Below are positions 17,258-27,786 of a stretch of 64,000 nt of DNA, piece by piece. Numbering within the stretch: the first letter of the stretch is position 1; every line of letters starts with the position of its first letter. Origin of the DNA: Chthonomonadales bacterium (GTDB taxonomy: Bacteria; Armatimonadota; Chthonomonadetes; Chthonomonadales; CAJBBX01); contig DATIKM010000033.1 of NCBI GenBank assembly GCA_035477595.1, positions 3,639 to 67,638 of the forward strand, in the 5' to 3' direction. The notes beneath the pieces were generated by a model. The model did no database searches, had not been told where the DNA came from, and saw nothing but the letters and a program-made list of their open reading frames with translations. The position numbers and the translations under genes are program-made.

Positions 17258-19657
17258 ATGGGGGCTACGCTGAGAGCACTGGGGGTTGCGGGACTGTGCG
17301 CCATGGTCGGCCCGCCGGCCGCTGCGGTGCGCCTCACGTCTGCTGAGCCGGGCAACGTGTTCGTGATGGGAAGCCGGGTAGTCCTGCGCATCGAGGTGCC
17401 TGGTGCGTCCTCCGGTCTGTGGCAGGTGCGCGCTGTGAGCTACGGTGGCACCGAGGCGGCAAACCGGACGGTGCGCCCGCCGCAGCCTGTCGACCTTGGG
17501 CCGCTGCCAGCGGGCTACTACGACGTCACGGCTGTCGGTCCAGCTGGCGCGACGGCGTCTGCGCCGGTCGTGGTGGTGGCCCGGACCCGCCTCCGAGCCT
17601 CCAGTCCCATCGGGGTGGATGCGGCACACGCCTGGCTGCTGAGGCCAGAGCAGCTCGACGCCGGCGCGCGCATGATCCGCCTGGCCGGCGTGCCGTGGAT
17701 ACGCGAGCGCATCGCATGGGGCGAGGTCGAGCGACAGAGGGGCAGCTTCGTGTGGACGCGCTACGACGCGGCGGTAGATGCGGCGCGCCGGCAGGGCCTA
17801 CGCATCGTGCAGGTCTTCCACAGCTCGCCCGGGTGGTCGCGCGCGGACGGAGACACGGCGAGGTACCCGGACGACCCACGTGACGCCTTCCGGTTTGGAG
17901 AGGCGGCGGCGAGACACTTCCGCGGTCGAGTGCAGGCCTGGGAGGTGTGGAACGAGGCTGATATCCCTCACTTCTCCGTCGAGCCTGCAAGCGAGTACGC
18001 CGCGTTCCTCAAGGCGGTGGCCCGAGGGCTGAAGCGCGCAGACCCCCGCATACCCGTGACCCAGGTGTCCTACGCCCTGCAGGCTGAGCTCTTCGCGGAC
18101 CTGCTCTATCGCAACGGCGCGGCGGCCTACTTCGACGTGTTCAACTATCACATCTACGCGCAGCCGGCTGCCTTTCCGGCGCGGGCGCAGGGCCACTTCG
18201 ACCTGCTGGACCGGCATCGCGTTCCTCGCATGCCGGTGTGGCTAACGGAGGCTGGACTGCCCCTGCCCGTGGCGGCCGCGCTGAGCGATGAGCAGAAGCG
18301 ACAGCAGGCGGAGTTCGTGCCCAAGTCCTACGTGATGTCGCTCGCCTCGGGGACCGACCGGCACTTCTTCTTCGTATTTCCCCACTACGTCGAGGGCGGC
18401 TCCTGGTTCGGCCTACTGGATCCGGACATGAGGCCGTACCCGGGCTACGCGGCTCTCGCAACCGTCGCGCGGCTGCTGGGCAGCGCCGAGTACGCCGGTC
18501 GTCCTGTCGGCGACCAGCCGCCCGGGCTGCAGAGCCACCTCTTCGAAACGCCGCGGGGTCAGGTGCTGGTAGTGTGGTCCGATGGCGATCCGGTACGGCT
18601 GACGGTGCCGAGGGGCGATCGGCCGGTACGGGTGGTGGACATCGTGGGGGCGGATGTGCCGATGGCGACCCGCGGACCGCACAGCTTGACCGTCGCGAGC
18701 AGTCCGCTCTATCTACTGCTTCCTCGCGGGACTCTGCGTGCGGATGGGTGGCGCGCCGCGGCGCGGCGGGAGGCAGGGCGTCGCCTGCCCCCGGGGCTGC
18801 CGGATGTCGTCGTGCGGTGGCTGCTCCCCAAGGACGCCGTCAGGAAGGCGCGTGAGCTCTACGAGTTGCCGGCGAATGCGGCTACCCCGGCAAGGATCCA
18901 GGTCGCCAATCTGGGCAGAGGCCCGGTGTCCGGCAGGCTGGAGCTGCGCACAGATGGCGCGGAACCCTTGTTGGGTTCCATCGCGGTAGAGGCGGAGCCG
19001 ATGGGCCTGGCGACGTTTGATGTGCCGCGGACGTTGCGCCGACTGCCCGTCGGCGGCAAGGTCGAGTGGACCGCTCTCGTCGTCGAAACCGGCGGGCGGA
19101 GGTCGAGCGCTCCGGCGGTGGTGGACGTCGCGGTCGATCCTGCCACTCTCGGCGTCGCGTCCGAGGTCCCGCTGCCGATGGCGGCGGGCGCGACCTGGGA
19201 CGCCAACCCGTCGCCTGCCGGCCGCGCTCAGGTCTCGGGGCTTCCGGGGGCGGGTGAAATGCGTCTGCGTGTCGAGTTCCCCGGCGCCGGCGACCGATGG
19301 TGCTACCCACGAGCGGCGGCAGACGGGGCGCGCTGGGTCGGAGCGCACGCCATCACCTTCGAGTACCGCACTGGTCCCGAAGTCTCGCCGGACACCCTGG
19401 TTCGTGTGCAGTGCGTCGAGGAGGGTGGCTCAGGTTACTTCACCCCGGTGGGCCTGCCACCGTCGCTGGAGTGGCGCAGGGCGGTGGTTCAGTTCGCGGA
19501 CTTGGCGCACGCGCCGTGGAGCACGGCGGACCCGGACAGACGACTGACGCTCGGATCCGTCCGGCAACTCCTGCTCGGTGTTAACACGACTGGCGGCGGG
19601 GTGACCCTCGAGGTTCGTCGCCTCCAACTGCTGACCTACCACGGGCCAGACATCTGA
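17258..19657 (+). CDS. Secreted clan GH-A (GH5/GH39-like) glycoside hydrolase with C-terminal beta-rich domains
   Basis: Signal-like N-terminus, 'VQAWEVWNEADI' (acid/base NE) and 'PVWLTEAGLP' (nucleophile Glu). Confidence 0.55.
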   Translation: MGATLRALGVAGLCAMVGPPAAAVRLTSAEPGNVFVMGSRVVLRIEVPGASSGLWQVRAVSYGGTEAANRTVRPPQPVDLGPLPAGYYDVTAVGPAGATASAPVVVVARTRLRASSPIGVDAAHAWLLRPEQLDAGARMIRLAGVPWIRERIAWGEVERQRGSFVWTRYDAAVDAARRQGLRIVQVFHSSPGWSRADGDTARYPDDPRDAFRFGEAAARHFRGRVQAWEVWNEADIPHFSVEPASEYAAFLKAVARGLKRADPRIPVTQVSYALQAELFADLLYRNGAAAYFDVFNYHIYAQPAAFPARAQGHFDLLDRHRVPRMPVWLTEAGLPLPVAAALSDEQKRQQAEFVPKSYVMSLASGTDRHFFFVFPHYVEGGSWFGLLDPDMRPYPGYAALATVARLLGSAEYAGRPVGDQPPGLQSHLFETPRGQVLVVWSDGDPVRLTVPRGDRPVRVVDIVGADVPMATRGPHSLTVASSPLYLLLPRGTLRADGWRAAARREAGRRLPPGLPDVVVRWLLPKDAVRKARELYELPANAATPARIQVANLGRGPVSGRLELRTDGAEPLLGSIAVEAEPMGLATFDVPRTLRRLPVGGKVEWTALVVETGGRRSSAPAVVDVAVDPATLGVASEVPLPMAAGATWDANPSPAGRAQVSGLPGAGEMRLRVEFPGAGDRWCYPRAAADGARWVGAHAITFEYRTGPEVSPDTLVRVQCVEEGGSGYFTPVGLPPSLEWRRAVVQFADLAHAPWSTADPDRRLTLGSVRQLLLGVNTTGGGVTLEVRRLQLLTYHGPDI

Positions 19658-19690
19658 CGACGTCCGGCCGGATCGCCTGGAGGTGAGTGC

Positions 19691-20389
19691 ATGCCATCGG
19701 TCATCGAACTGGCAAGCCTGCGTAGGATGCCGCCGTTCAGAGGGATCTCGGATGTGGATCTCGCCTCCGTGGCTGAGCGGCTCCGACGCAGGCAATACCG
19801 TGCCGGGTCAAGCGTTATCAATGCAGATGCGCCAGGGGACGCCATCTTCTTCGTGGTGTCCGGCACGGTGAAGATCAAGGTGGACGAGCCGGACGGTCGC
19901 GAGGTGATCATCGCGATTCTGGGGCTCGGTGAGGTGTTCGGCGAGCTCAGCTTGATCGACAGCGCGGGGCGAAGCGCTGACGTGGTCACACAGGAAGACG
20001 CGGACCTTCTGTGGGTTGAGCGCGAGAGCTTTGATGAGATCATGGCCGAGCACCCCAGCGTGGTGCGCGAGCTTCTTGTGGTGCTGACGCGACGCGTGCG
20101 GCTCTCAACGGAGCAGATACGCGCCCTGTGTACGCTCGACGTGTACGGCAAGGTGGCGCGTCAGTTACTCGTGTTCGCCGAGCAGTACGGCGAGCCAACC
20201 GACGACGGCGTGCGCATCCCCATGCGCCTGACCCAGACCGACATAGCAGGCCTCGTGGGCGCCTCGCGAGAGCGCGTGAACCAGGTCGTGGTGAACCTGC
20301 GCGAGCGAGGGCTGGTCGCCGTGGACAGCGGGCACCGGACCACGGTGCTGCAGCCGGAACGGCTGCGCGAGATCGTCAGTCAGCGCTAG
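19691..20389 (+). CDS. Crp/Fnr-family transcriptional regulator
   Basis: cNMP-binding domain 'FFVVSGTVKI..GEVFGELSLID..RSADVV' and HTH 'TQTDIAGLVGASRERVNQVVVNLRERG'. Confidence 0.8.
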   Translation: MPSVIELASLRRMPPFRGISDVDLASVAERLRRRQYRAGSSVINADAPGDAIFFVVSGTVKIKVDEPDGREVIIAILGLGEVFGELSLIDSAGRSADVVTQEDADLLWVERESFDEIMAEHPSVVRELLVVLTRRVRLSTEQIRALCTLDVYGKVARQLLVFAEQYGEPTDDGVRIPMRLTQTDIAGLVGASRERVNQVVVNLRERGLVAVDSGHRTTVLQPERLREIVSQR

Positions 20390-21722
20390 AGGCCCGTGCC
20401 TCCGACCTCACGTAGGGCAAGCGGATGCGGAAGGCGGTGCCCACACCCTCGACCGACTCGCCGTCCAGCACGCCTGAGTGCGCGGCGACGGCAGTGCAGA
20501 CGATGCGTGTGCCAAGCCCGGTGCCGCCAGGCTTCGTGCTCTTCGCCTCGCCACGCAGGATCTGATCCATGACATAGGCCGGCATGCCCCGCCCGGTGTC
20601 TCGCACCTCGATGGCAACGTGGTTGCCGCCAGGGAAGCGCCCCTCGGGCACCACACGCACGCGCACCGTCACGTTGCCCCCCTCGGGCGTCGCCGCCACG
20701 GCGTTGAGCACCAGGTTGTACACGGAGCGTTCCACTAGCACACGGTCGAACCGGAACGTTGGTGCGCCCGCGAAGCTCCCAACCAGCGAGACGCCCTGCT
20801 TGTGGGCGACCGGCGCCAGCGCGGCAATCTGCTTCGCGAGTACGGCCTCGAGGTCATTGGGCTCGAGTCTGGGCTCCGACACGATGCCCTGCAGGGCGTC
20901 TGCGATGACCTTCGTGTAGTCCTGGACCTCACTCACCTGATCCGTGATCATCGTGAGCAGCTCATCGTACAGATCCTGCACAGGGGCAGTGCATGCACGC
21001 ACCGGCTCCTCGATCTCCCGCGGCGCTCCGTCCAGTGCGCGTGAGAGGTCCGCGAAGAGGTCGCGCAGAAGCTGTCGGAGGGTCTCGGCGGAGAGCGAGA
21101 TCGGCGTGATCTTGTTCTTGATGTCGTGGGACACGTTGCCGATTGTGTGGGCGACGGCAGCGACCTGAGCCTCGCGGGCCAGGTGGGCATTCTCGATTGC
21201 CGCCGCGGCCACCGAGGCGACGATCTCCAGCGCCTCGAGGTCGTCCTCGTTGAAGTCGCCGCTGCGCTTGTTCAAGATCTGCATCACGCCGACAGGCGCG
21301 CCCGCTTGGTAGCGCAGCGGAACAGTGACGATGCTCTCGGTAACGAACCCGACGCTCTCACCGATGTCGGCGCGGAAGCCCGCCGTCTCGCGCGGATGGT
21401 TCGTGACGCTGGCCACGCCCGATCGGAACACGGAGCCGGCGACACCCTCGCTAGCATCCAATGCGCGACCAGTCAGCTCCGCCGCCTTTGGACCCACCAC
21501 GTACTGGAAGACGAGCTTGTCGTCCCGCTTCCGGTGAAGGTATAGTGACCCGGCCTCCGCCTCCACTGCCTCCATCGAGACCTCGAGGATGTCGCGCAGG
21601 CGCTGGTCGAGGTCAAGGGTCGAGGAGAGCAGGCGGCTGATCGTGTGGACGGCACGAAGCTGCCGCTCCCGGATCGCGGCGTGGCGGTCTCCGGGGCCGG
21701 CGGGTATCGGGTCTTTCACCAT
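20376..21722 (-). CDS. Cytoplasmic GAF-domain sensor histidine kinase (no adjacent response regulator)
   Basis: H-box 'VSHDIKNKITPI' and HATPase motifs 'EVRDTGRGMP' and 'GGTGLGT'. The start is ATG 21722. Its 3' end overlaps the convergent crp gene by 14 nt. Confidence 0.75.
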   Translation of the reverse strand: MVKDPIPAGPGDRHAAIRERQLRAVHTISRLLSSTLDLDQRLRDILEVSMEAVEAEAGSLYLHRKRDDKLVFQYVVGPKAAELTGRALDASEGVAGSVFRSGVASVTNHPRETAGFRADIGESVGFVTESIVTVPLRYQAGAPVGVMQILNKRSGDFNEDDLEALEIVASVAAAAIENAHLAREAQVAAVAHTIGNVSHDIKNKITPISLSAETLRQLLRDLFADLSRALDGAPREIEEPVRACTAPVQDLYDELLTMITDQVSEVQDYTKVIADALQGIVSEPRLEPNDLEAVLAKQIAALAPVAHKQGVSLVGSFAGAPTFRFDRVLVERSVYNLVLNAVAATPEGGNVTVRVRVVPEGRFPGGNHVAIEVRDTGRGMPAYVMDQILRGEAKSTKPGGTGLGTRIVCTAVAAHSGVLDGESVEGVGTAFRIRLPYVRSEARASSAD

Positions 21723-21845
21723 GGCGGGTCTGCCCCTTCGCGAGCGGATGGCGGGGGTCCGCCCCGCCCAGCGTGCCGGCCACAGTATAACACCCGCCCG
21801 AGGCGCCGCACTCCATCGGTCGCCCCGAGCCGACAGGGAAGCTCG

Positions 21846-22745
21846 TTGCCAGAGCGCCTCGCACTGCCCTGCTGGGCGAAGCTCAACTACACGCTCGACG
21901 TGCTGAGCCAGCGACCCGACGGGTTCCACGACCTGTCGAGTGTAGTGCAGACTGTGTCGCTCTACGATCGGCTGGAGATCGAGCTTGCCGCGGGTCCGGC
22001 CGTCGAGCTGGCCTGCGACGCGCCAGGAGTGCCACCGGGCGAGAGCAACCTCGCAGTACGGGCAGCCCGAGCGATTGCGACACGCGCCGGGTACCGTGGC
22101 GGCGTGCGACTGAAGCTGAGGAAGCGCATCCCGGCGCAGGCGGGTCTGGGCGGGGGCAGCTCGGATGCTGCGCAGACCCTTCGAGGTCTCGATCGGCTGC
22201 TGGGGCTGAACCTGCCGGCGCCTGACCTGGCGGCCCTGGCCGCCGAGCTTGGCTCCGATGTGCCGCTCTTCCTGACGGCGGGCACCTGTCGCATGGATGG
22301 TCGCGGTGATCGCGTCACGCCGCTCCCAGAGGGACCCACGCTCTGGTTCGTGATAGCCCGGCCGCCGGTTGGTCTCTCGACCGCCGAGGCCTACGCGCGG
22401 CTGGACGCGATACCGGACCGTCGGTCGGCCCGCGCGACGGAGCGCATGGTGCGCGCCCTGGCCTCAGGGGTTGTCGAGGAGGTGACGGCGGCCATGGTCA
22501 ATGACTTCGAGCAGGTCGCGATCGAGATGGAGCCGCGCGTCGCCGTTGCGATGGACGATCTGCGTATGGCCCGCGCTCGTAAGGTGCGGCTCTGCGGAAG
22601 CGGGTCCGCGGTGTTTGGCGTGGCGCACTCCGAAGCGGAAGCACAGGCGGTAGCAGCGCTCGCCAGGCTGCGCTACCCAGACCTGGCGGTGTGTCGCGCG
22701 GTGAGCCGCGCGGAGGCGCTCGTGCTGGGCGCCGACGCCGAATGA
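21846..22745 (+). CDS. ispE: 4-diphosphocytidyl-2-C-methyl-D-erythritol kinase
   Basis: 'AKLNYTLDVLSQRPDGFHDL' and the GHMP motif 'PAQAGLGGGSSDAA'. The start is placed at TTG 21846 by alignment logic, so it is uncertain. Confidence 0.8.
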   Translation: MPERLALPCWAKLNYTLDVLSQRPDGFHDLSSVVQTVSLYDRLEIELAAGPAVELACDAPGVPPGESNLAVRAARAIATRAGYRGGVRLKLRKRIPAQAGLGGGSSDAAQTLRGLDRLLGLNLPAPDLAALAAELGSDVPLFLTAGTCRMDGRGDRVTPLPEGPTLWFVIARPPVGLSTAEAYARLDAIPDRRSARATERMVRALASGVVEEVTAAMVNDFEQVAIEMEPRVAVAMDDLRMARARKVRLCGSGSAVFGVAHSEAEAQAVAALARLRYPDLAVCRAVSRAEALVLGADAE

Positions 22746-23512
22746 GGCACAGAGTAGCCGCCCTTGTTCTCGCTGGCGGGACCATCGACCCTCGCCTCCG
22801 GGCGGCGACAGGCGTGTCGAGCCGGTCGCTTGTTCCGGTCGCAGGACGCCCAATGGTCGCCTGGGTGTTGGACGCCATCCGCGCCTCTGAAGCGGCCGAC
22901 TGGCTCGTGCTCGTGGGGGCAGCGCCTCCGGGTCAGGTGCTCGACCGCCTCGTTCCCGACCACGGCGGCTTCGTGGAGAACCTGCTCGCGGGGGTCGACG
23001 CCTGTCGCGGGCACGACGGCGTCGTCGTCGTGAGCGCGGACCTTCCCTTCCTGACCCCCGAAGCGGTCCGCGACACAGCGGAGGCAGCGCTGTCTCTCGA
23101 TGCAGAACTCGTGTACCCGATCGTGGAGGTGGAGCGATGCTACCGGAGCTATCCGGGGATGAAGCGCACGACGCTGCGACTACGGGAGGGGGTCTACACG
23201 GGCGGCAACGCGGTGTTCGTGCGCCCCGAGCTCCTCGCACGGCAGCGAGAGCGGATTTCGGCGGTGTACGCCGCACGCAAGAGCCCGCTGCGCCTGGGCC
23301 TCATGGTTGGACCGCTGACCGCGCTTCGAGTGATCGCCGCCGGGCTGCCCGTGCCGCCGATGCTGAGCCTGCACGGTCTTGAGGGCGCTGTGAGCCGGCT
23401 CGTGGGCGGGCGTGCGCGTGCGCTTGAGAGCCCCCACGCGAGCATCGCGACGGATGTAGACCGGCCAGAGGACCTGGCGATCGCGGACAGGTTGCTGATG
23501 ACGACGGACTGA
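22742..23512 (+). CDS. MobA-like NTP-transferase family protein
   Basis: 'VAALVLAGG' N-terminus and 'VVVSADLPFL'. ATGA overlap with the ispE stop. Confidence 0.6.
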   Translation: MRHRVAALVLAGGTIDPRLRAATGVSSRSLVPVAGRPMVAWVLDAIRASEAADWLVLVGAAPPGQVLDRLVPDHGGFVENLLAGVDACRGHDGVVVVSADLPFLTPEAVRDTAEAALSLDAELVYPIVEVERCYRSYPGMKRTTLRLREGVYTGGNAVFVRPELLARQRERISAVYAARKSPLRLGLMVGPLTALRVIAAGLPVPPMLSLHGLEGAVSRLVGGRARALESPHASIATDVDRPEDLAIADRLLMTTD

Positions 23513-23786
23513 GCCCTGGCTCGCGAGCCCGGAGCGCCGGCTGACGCAGACGACGTGGTCGGGGAATGGTGCTTGCGGCGCTGATCGCTCGCTATGTGGT
23601 GGCCGCCGGAGAGGGTTAGCGTGACGAGCCCGCGCTCCCGGATGCCGGCGACGCCGCCGTCGAGCCCCTCTGGTGTGACGGTGGCGCGCATGAGGATGGG
23701 TCAGTGCTGACCCCGGACGAGCGTCGGGGGCCGAAGGGCTCCCCGGCCTGGGCGTCCGGGAGCATAGCAGGTGGCGGCCACACTGG

Positions 23787-23816
23787 TTGACACGTGTGTC
23801 GTTACTGGGCTATAGT
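23787..23816 (+). promoter_or_regulatory. Sigma70-type promoter of rpsO
   Basis: TTGACA (23787-23792), an 18-nt spacer, then TATAGT (23811-23816). Confidence 0.6.
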
Positions 23817-23850
23817 TGTGGGACGACCAGGTGAAGGGAGGTAGCGCAGA

Positions 23851-24126
23851 TTGCCGCTGGTGCGTGAGCGGGTCACCGCTATCGTCGAGGAAAGCAAGAC
23901 GCACGAGACCGACACGGGATCGCCTGAGGTGCAGATCGCGCTGCTGACGGCGCGCATCAACCAGCTCAACGAGCACCTGAAGGTCCACAAGAAGGACCAT
24001 CACTCCCGGCGCGGCCTCATGATGATGGTGGGGCAACGGCGCCGACTGCTCGGCTACCTCAGCCGCAAGAACATCGTGCGCTACCGCGCTCTGGTGAGTC
24101 GTCTCGGCATCCGTAGCAGGATCTAG
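23851..24126 (+). CDS. rpsO: 30S ribosomal protein S15
   Basis: '[34 protein letters not shown]'. TTG start with GAAGGGAGG upstream. Confidence 0.95.
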   Translation: MPLVRERVTAIVEESKTHETDTGSPEVQIALLTARINQLNEHLKVHKKDHHSRRGLMMMVGQRRRLLGYLSRKNIVRYRALVSRLGIRSRI

Positions 24127-24332
24127 TTATCGGGACTGCGCGTGCACGCGTCGCGTCGGGGAGGGCGACGGTCTTGAGCGCTCCTGCGATCCGCGACGGT
24201 GGTGGTGGCATTCCAGGATCGGGTTGCTGGCGTCGGGCGTTAGGCCGGGCATATGCCGTGCGAGCGAGGCTTGCGGGCGGTATGTCCAGCCTAGCTCCCG
24301 GCGCCTTTTTGGCGTGAAGGGAGGCCGCGGGA

Positions 24333-26588
24333 GTGGCTCAAACAGTTGAGGGCGTCCTCGGTGGACGCAAGCTGTCGCTGGAGACTGGCAAGGTTGCACA
24401 TCAGGCGAACGGGAGCTGCTGGCTCCGCTGCGGCGACACCGTCGTTCTCGCCACGGCGACCATGGCCGTGCATGTGCGCGAAGGCATCGACTTCTTCCCG
24501 CTGACCTGCGACTATGAGGAGCGGAAGTACTCGGTCGGCAAGATTCCTGGTGGGTTCATCAAGCGCGGGGGGCGCCCGAGTGAAAAGGCCATCCTGACCT
24601 CCCGGCTGATCGACCGGCCGCTGCGGCCGCTGTTCCCGTCAGGCATGCGCAACGAGGTGCAGGTGATCGCGATCCCGCTGTCCGTGGACCACGACAACCT
24701 GCCGGATGTGCTGGCCGTGGTGGCGGCCTCCACGGCGCTAACCATCTCGAATATCCCCTGGGGGGGACCGGTGGGCTGCGTTCGCGTCGGGCGCGTCGAG
24801 GGCGAGTGGGTGGTCAACCCGACCCTCGCACAGCTTGACGCCAGCGACGTGGACCTCATCGTCGCGGGGACCGAAGACCGCGTCAACATGCTGGAGTGCT
24901 GCGCATCGGAGGTCAGCGAGGCTGACATCGCAGCCGCGATCGAGGTGGGCCACGAGGCGGTTCGCGAGCTCTGTCGCCTGCAGACCGAGTTGGCCGCCCT
25001 AGTGGGCACGACCAAGGTGGACGTGGCGATCAAGGCAGTGGATCCCGACCTCCTCGCATTGGTCCGCGAGCAGAAGGGGCCCGCGCTCCGGGCCGCTGTG
25101 CAGAACCCGGACAAGGCCGCCCGGGAGTCCGGGCTGACGGACCTCAAAGATGAGATCGTCACCGAGATGTCGGCGCAGTTCGCCGGGCGCGAGGCCGAGC
25201 TGGGAGAGGCTGTTGAGAAGGTGGTCAAGGAGCAGATTCGCTCGCTCATTGTCGACGAGCGCATACGGCCGGATGGGCGCAGGCCGGACGAGGTCCGCCC
25301 GATCAAGGGAGACGTCGGCCTCCTGCCGCGCGTCCACGGCTCCGGGCTCTTCACCCGGGGGCAGACACAGGTCCTTACGTCCCTGACCCTCGGGTCAGGC
25401 GACGACGCACAGACGGTCGACGGCATCGAGGGCGACTCCCAGAAGCGCTACATGCACTTCTACAACTTCCCGCCGTTCTCCGTCGGGGAGACTCGCCCGC
25501 TACGCGGCCCAGGGCGACGGGAGATCGGCCACGGGGCGCTCGCCGAGCGCGCGTTGCTCCCGGTCCTGCCGAGCAAGGACGCGTTCCCCTACACGTTGCA
25601 GCTCACTTCCGAGGTGCTAGGGTCCAACGGTTCGACCTCGATGGGCGCCACCTGCGGCTCCACGCTGGCACTGATGGACGGCGGCGTGCCGATCACTCTC
25701 CCTGTCAGCGGCATCGCCATGGGCCTGATGACGCGCGACGACACCTACGTGGTGCTCTCCGACATTCAGGGCATGGAGGACTTCTCCGGCGACATGGACT
25801 TCAAGGTTGCCGGCACTGAGGCGGGTATTACGGCGATCCAGCTCGACACGAAGATCCGCGGCCTGACGATGGACATAGTCCGGGCCACCCTTGAGCAGGC
25901 AAAGTCCGGACGCGCGTTCATCCTCTCCCGGATGCTCGAGGCAATCGGTCAGCCCCGCGAGAGTCTGAGCGACTACGCTCCGCGCATCTTCACCGTTCAG
26001 ATCAACCCGGAGAAGATTGGCGAGATCATCGGCCCTGGTGGCAAGGTCATCAAGAAGATCGAGGCCGAGACGGGCGCGTCCGTCAGTATCGAGCAGGATG
26101 GGACGATCTACATCGCGGCCGTCGATGCGAAGGGTGGCGAGGCGGCGGCAAACATGATCCGTGCCATCGTCGGCGAAGTGGCCGTGGGCGAGAAGTTCAC
26201 TGGCCGCGTCACCCGGCTCATGGGCATGGGCGCCTTCGTGGAGTTCATCCCGGGCAAGGAGGGCCTGGTTCACCTGGCCAACCTCTCCGAAGAGCCGGTG
26301 CGCCGGCCAGAAGAGGCGGTTAAGGTCGGCGACGAGATCCAGGTGCGTGTCATCGAGGTCGATAGTCAGGGGCGCATCAACCTCTCCGCCGTAGGGCTCG
26401 ACGAGCCGTTCGACCCGTCGACCGTGCGCACGCGCGAGCCTCGCGACCGCGGCCCGCGTGGCGCCGGCCCCGAGAGGCGTCGCGAACCGGACCGCGGCTT
26501 CCGGGGGGCGCCCGGACGCAGCGAACCGCCGGCTGCAGCGGACGAGGCGTCCGACGTGCCGAAGGCCCGGTTCCGTCCCAAGCGATAG
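24333..26588 (+). CDS. pnp: Polyribonucleotide nucleotidyltransferase (PNPase)
   Basis: 'FPLTCDYEERKYSVGKIPGGFIKRGGRPSEKAILTSRLIDRPLRPLF', followed by two RNase PH domains, KH and S1. GTG start with GAAGGGAGG 8 nt upstream. Confidence 0.95.
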   Translation: MAQTVEGVLGGRKLSLETGKVAHQANGSCWLRCGDTVVLATATMAVHVREGIDFFPLTCDYEERKYSVGKIPGGFIKRGGRPSEKAILTSRLIDRPLRPLFPSGMRNEVQVIAIPLSVDHDNLPDVLAVVAASTALTISNIPWGGPVGCVRVGRVEGEWVVNPTLAQLDASDVDLIVAGTEDRVNMLECCASEVSEADIAAAIEVGHEAVRELCRLQTELAALVGTTKVDVAIKAVDPDLLALVREQKGPALRAAVQNPDKAARESGLTDLKDEIVTEMSAQFAGREAELGEAVEKVVKEQIRSLIVDERIRPDGRRPDEVRPIKGDVGLLPRVHGSGLFTRGQTQVLTSLTLGSGDDAQTVDGIEGDSQKRYMHFYNFPPFSVGETRPLRGPGRREIGHGALAERALLPVLPSKDAFPYTLQLTSEVLGSNGSTSMGATCGSTLALMDGGVPITLPVSGIAMGLMTRDDTYVVLSDIQGMEDFSGDMDFKVAGTEAGITAIQLDTKIRGLTMDIVRATLEQAKSGRAFILSRMLEAIGQPRESLSDYAPRIFTVQINPEKIGEIIGPGGKVIKKIEAETGASVSIEQDGTIYIAAVDAKGGEAAANMIRAIVGEVAVGEKFTGRVTRLMGMGAFVEFIPGKEGLVHLANLSEEPVRRPEEAVKVGDEIQVRVIEVDSQGRINLSAVGLDEPFDPSTVRTREPRDRGPRGAGPERRREPDRGFRGAPGRSEPPAAADEASDVPKARFRPKR

Positions 26589-26612
26589 GCCACGCGCAGT
26601 CTGCAGATCACA

Positions 26613-26650
26613 TCAGTGCGGGAGGCACAGTCGTTTGCCTCCCGCACTGA
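26613..26650. terminator. GC-rich hairpin between convergent pnp and methyltransferase genes
   Basis: Perfect 14-bp stem TCAGTGCGGGAGGC / GCCTCCCGCACTGA with a 10-nt loop. Confidence 0.6.
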
Positions 26651-26693
26651 CGTGTCGAATGCTCGCGAGATGATGCGGCCCACATGGGGCGCG

Positions 26694-27686
26694 TCAGAGC
26701 GGCCGGTAGGCCTCCACGAGGGCGTCCATGACGTCGCCCTCGTGTATCTGGGCGACCCGCTCGAGGCCCGCTGCCTGCAGGTCCTCACGGATCTCCGCCA
26801 GAGTGTAGGTGCCCCCACCCGGCGTGGCGACCAGCATGTTCACCGCGAAGATGGCGCCTGCTGCGGGCAGCGTGCGTTCGGGAGACATGACGTGGTCGCG
26901 GATCACCAGGCGCCCACCGGGCACGAGAGCGCCGTAGCACTTGCGGTAGAGAGCCACGTTCTGCGCTCGAGAGTTCTGGTGGATGATCGCGGACAGGAGC
27001 ACCAGATCGTGGCCGCCTGGCAGCTCGTCCATGTAGAAGTCGCCCGCCACCAGCGTGACCCGGTCGAGCGCCCCTTCCCGGTGGAGCCGTTCGCGAGCCA
27101 TCTCGATGACCGCGGGGCGATCGAACAGAGTCGCGCGCAGCCCCGGGCTCTCGCGAAGACACGCCAGCACATAGGTGCCAGAAGCGCCGCCCACGTCCAG
27201 GAGCGCCTTGGCGTCGCCGAGCCGCATCTGCGCTGCCGTGGAGCTCGCCTGCTGAGAGCCGACCACGTGCATGGCTCCTATGAACGCGCGAAGGTCGCCG
27301 TCGGCCGCCGGCGAGGCGTCCTCGACGTCGGGTACGCCGTTGCGGACGACCTCGGTGAGCCGCGTCCAGCGTGGCCAGAGGTTGCTCTGGTGCAGCAGCA
27401 TCGGCGCGACGGATGCCGGCGATCCGGACGCGAGGAATCGTTGAGCATGGGGCGCGTTCGCGTAGAGGCTGTCACGCTTGAGCAGGTGTCCCATGGCGAC
27501 GAGCGCATCCAGCAAGATGGTGGCGGCTCGCGTGTCGAGGGACAGACGGCGAGCGATCTCGTCGACGCCGAGGCACTCGACAGCGAGAACGTCGAAGACA
27601 CCAAGCTCCGTGCCGGTCAGCAGGATGCGCGCCTCCACGAAGGCGCGTGCCTGTCCGAGCAGGGCGGGGGGATCCTGAGCTGTCAT
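26694..27686 (-). CDS. Class I SAM-dependent O-methyltransferase (family-2 OMT with N-terminal dimerisation domain)
   Basis: 'LTGTELGVFDVLA', the SAM motif 'LLDVGGASGTY' and 'VAGDFY'. The start is ATG 27686. Confidence 0.7.
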   Translation of the reverse strand: MTAQDPPALLGQARAFVEARILLTGTELGVFDVLAVECLGVDEIARRLSLDTRAATILLDALVAMGHLLKRDSLYANAPHAQRFLASGSPASVAPMLLHQSNLWPRWTRLTEVVRNGVPDVEDASPAADGDLRAFIGAMHVVGSQQASSTAAQMRLGDAKALLDVGGASGTYVLACLRESPGLRATLFDRPAVIEMARERLHREGALDRVTLVAGDFYMDELPGGHDLVLLSAIIHQNSRAQNVALYRKCYGALVPGGRLVIRDHVMSPERTLPAAGAIFAVNMLVATPGGGTYTLAEIREDLQAAGLERVAQIHEGDVMDALVEAYRPL

Positions 27687-27786
27687 CGGCAACCTCCTGA
27701 TGGATGAGCCGATTGGGGGGCAGGGAGCGACGATGGGGCTACGGGCGAAGCGCAAGGAGCCGGTATGCCCGGCTCCTCGCAGTAGG

